DNA of 60,175 bases from Gemmatimonadales bacterium (GTDB lineage: Bacteria > Gemmatimonadota > Gemmatimonadetes > Gemmatimonadales > GWC2-71-9). Positions within the stretch are counted from its first letter, which is position 1. The number at the start of each line of letters is the position of its first letter. The stretch is from contig JAXIPC010000004.1 in assembly GCA_045403135.1 (NCBI GenBank), forward strand, positions 1-60,175, given 5' to 3'. Positions 59,817 to 60,175 of this stretch are shown here, piece by piece. The position numbers and the translations under genes are program-made. The notes beneath the pieces were generated by a model. The model saw only the letters and a program-made list of their open reading frames with translations, was not told where the DNA came from and ran no database searches.

Positions 59817-60175
59817 GTGACGTGCCCCCGCTGGCCCTGCGACAACCGGTGCCGCATCTCCTCCGGCAGCTCATCGTACGCCTCGGCGATGCTCAGCTCC
59901 TCCATCGAGTAGTGAGCCTCGGGATTGGCGGCGAGCGCCTGACGGGTCTGCTCGGCCCGGGTAAAGTGACCGCGCAGGGGGAAATCCTTGCGCAGAGGGT
60001 GTCCCTCGGCGTAGGTGTCCCACATCAGGATTCGGCGGAGATCGGGGTGGCCCTTGAAGGTGACGCCGAACATGTCGAACACCTCCCGCTCCAGCCAGTC
60101 GGCCCCCTTCCACAGATCAACCACCGAATCCACCTCGAGCGGCAGCGACTTGTTCAGCGGGATCTTGACGCGCAG
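59813..60175 (-). CDS. nuoC: NADH-quinone oxidoreductase subunit C, N-terminus outside window
   Basis: ..[29 protein letters not shown]... The frame stays open to the window edge. Confidence 0.9.
   Translation of the reverse strand: MRVKIPLNKSLPLEVDSVVDLWKGADWLEREVFDMFGVTFKGHPDLRRILMWDTYAEGHPLRKDFPLRGHFTRAEQTRQALAANPEAHYSMEELSIAEAYDELPEEMRHRLSQGQRGHVT

Overview
High-GC bacterial chromosomal segment. The ADOP-type duplicated FtsX permease, Lpt/Kdo genes and futalosine menaquinone pathway suggest a diderm such as Gemmatimonadota or Acidobacteriota; that placement is inference only. The window is almost entirely conserved housekeeping. On the + strand lie a DUF512-der-plsY-gpsA-merR-surE-pcm-dedA-acyP block and tRNA-Arg(CCT). 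From 10310 onward, about 50 kb runs on the - strand: dapF, a four-gene glycosylation cassette, rpoN-lptB-lptA-lptC-kdsD-kdsC-kdsA-pyrG-kdsB, xerD, ispF, mqnC/A/E, a hybrid histidine kinase, the fab-acpP-plsX-rpmF cluster, ndk, sucCD, a UPF0182-like membrane protein, pmm and nuoC-N. Many genes are joined by 4-nt ATGA/GTGA overlaps, and many long ORFs in the six-frame track are GC-driven artefacts or frame fusions. I see no convincing novel multi-gene system such as defence, CRISPR, a mobile island or a BGC. The observations most worth a second look are these. (1) A near-canonical XerC/D dif site at 10208-10235 sits in the only AT-rich patch, exactly where gene orientation converges, so this is a probable replication terminus, and two tandem DnaA-box-like 9-mers lie beside it. 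(2) A GtrB-like GT2 / GT4 / YfhO-type / Dpm1-like GT2 cassette is translationally coupled to the end of the Kdo-Lpt-rpoN operon. (3) A nested-palindrome intergenic repeat family shows compensatory hairpin changes between copies. (4) Inverted arrays of 8-bp tandem repeats lie at the 5' end of lptC. (5) A low-GC mini-island encodes a strongly SD-preceded 54-aa secreted Cys peptide next to the orphan permease. All coordinates, starts and motifs were read by eye from the sequence, and no database search was run.
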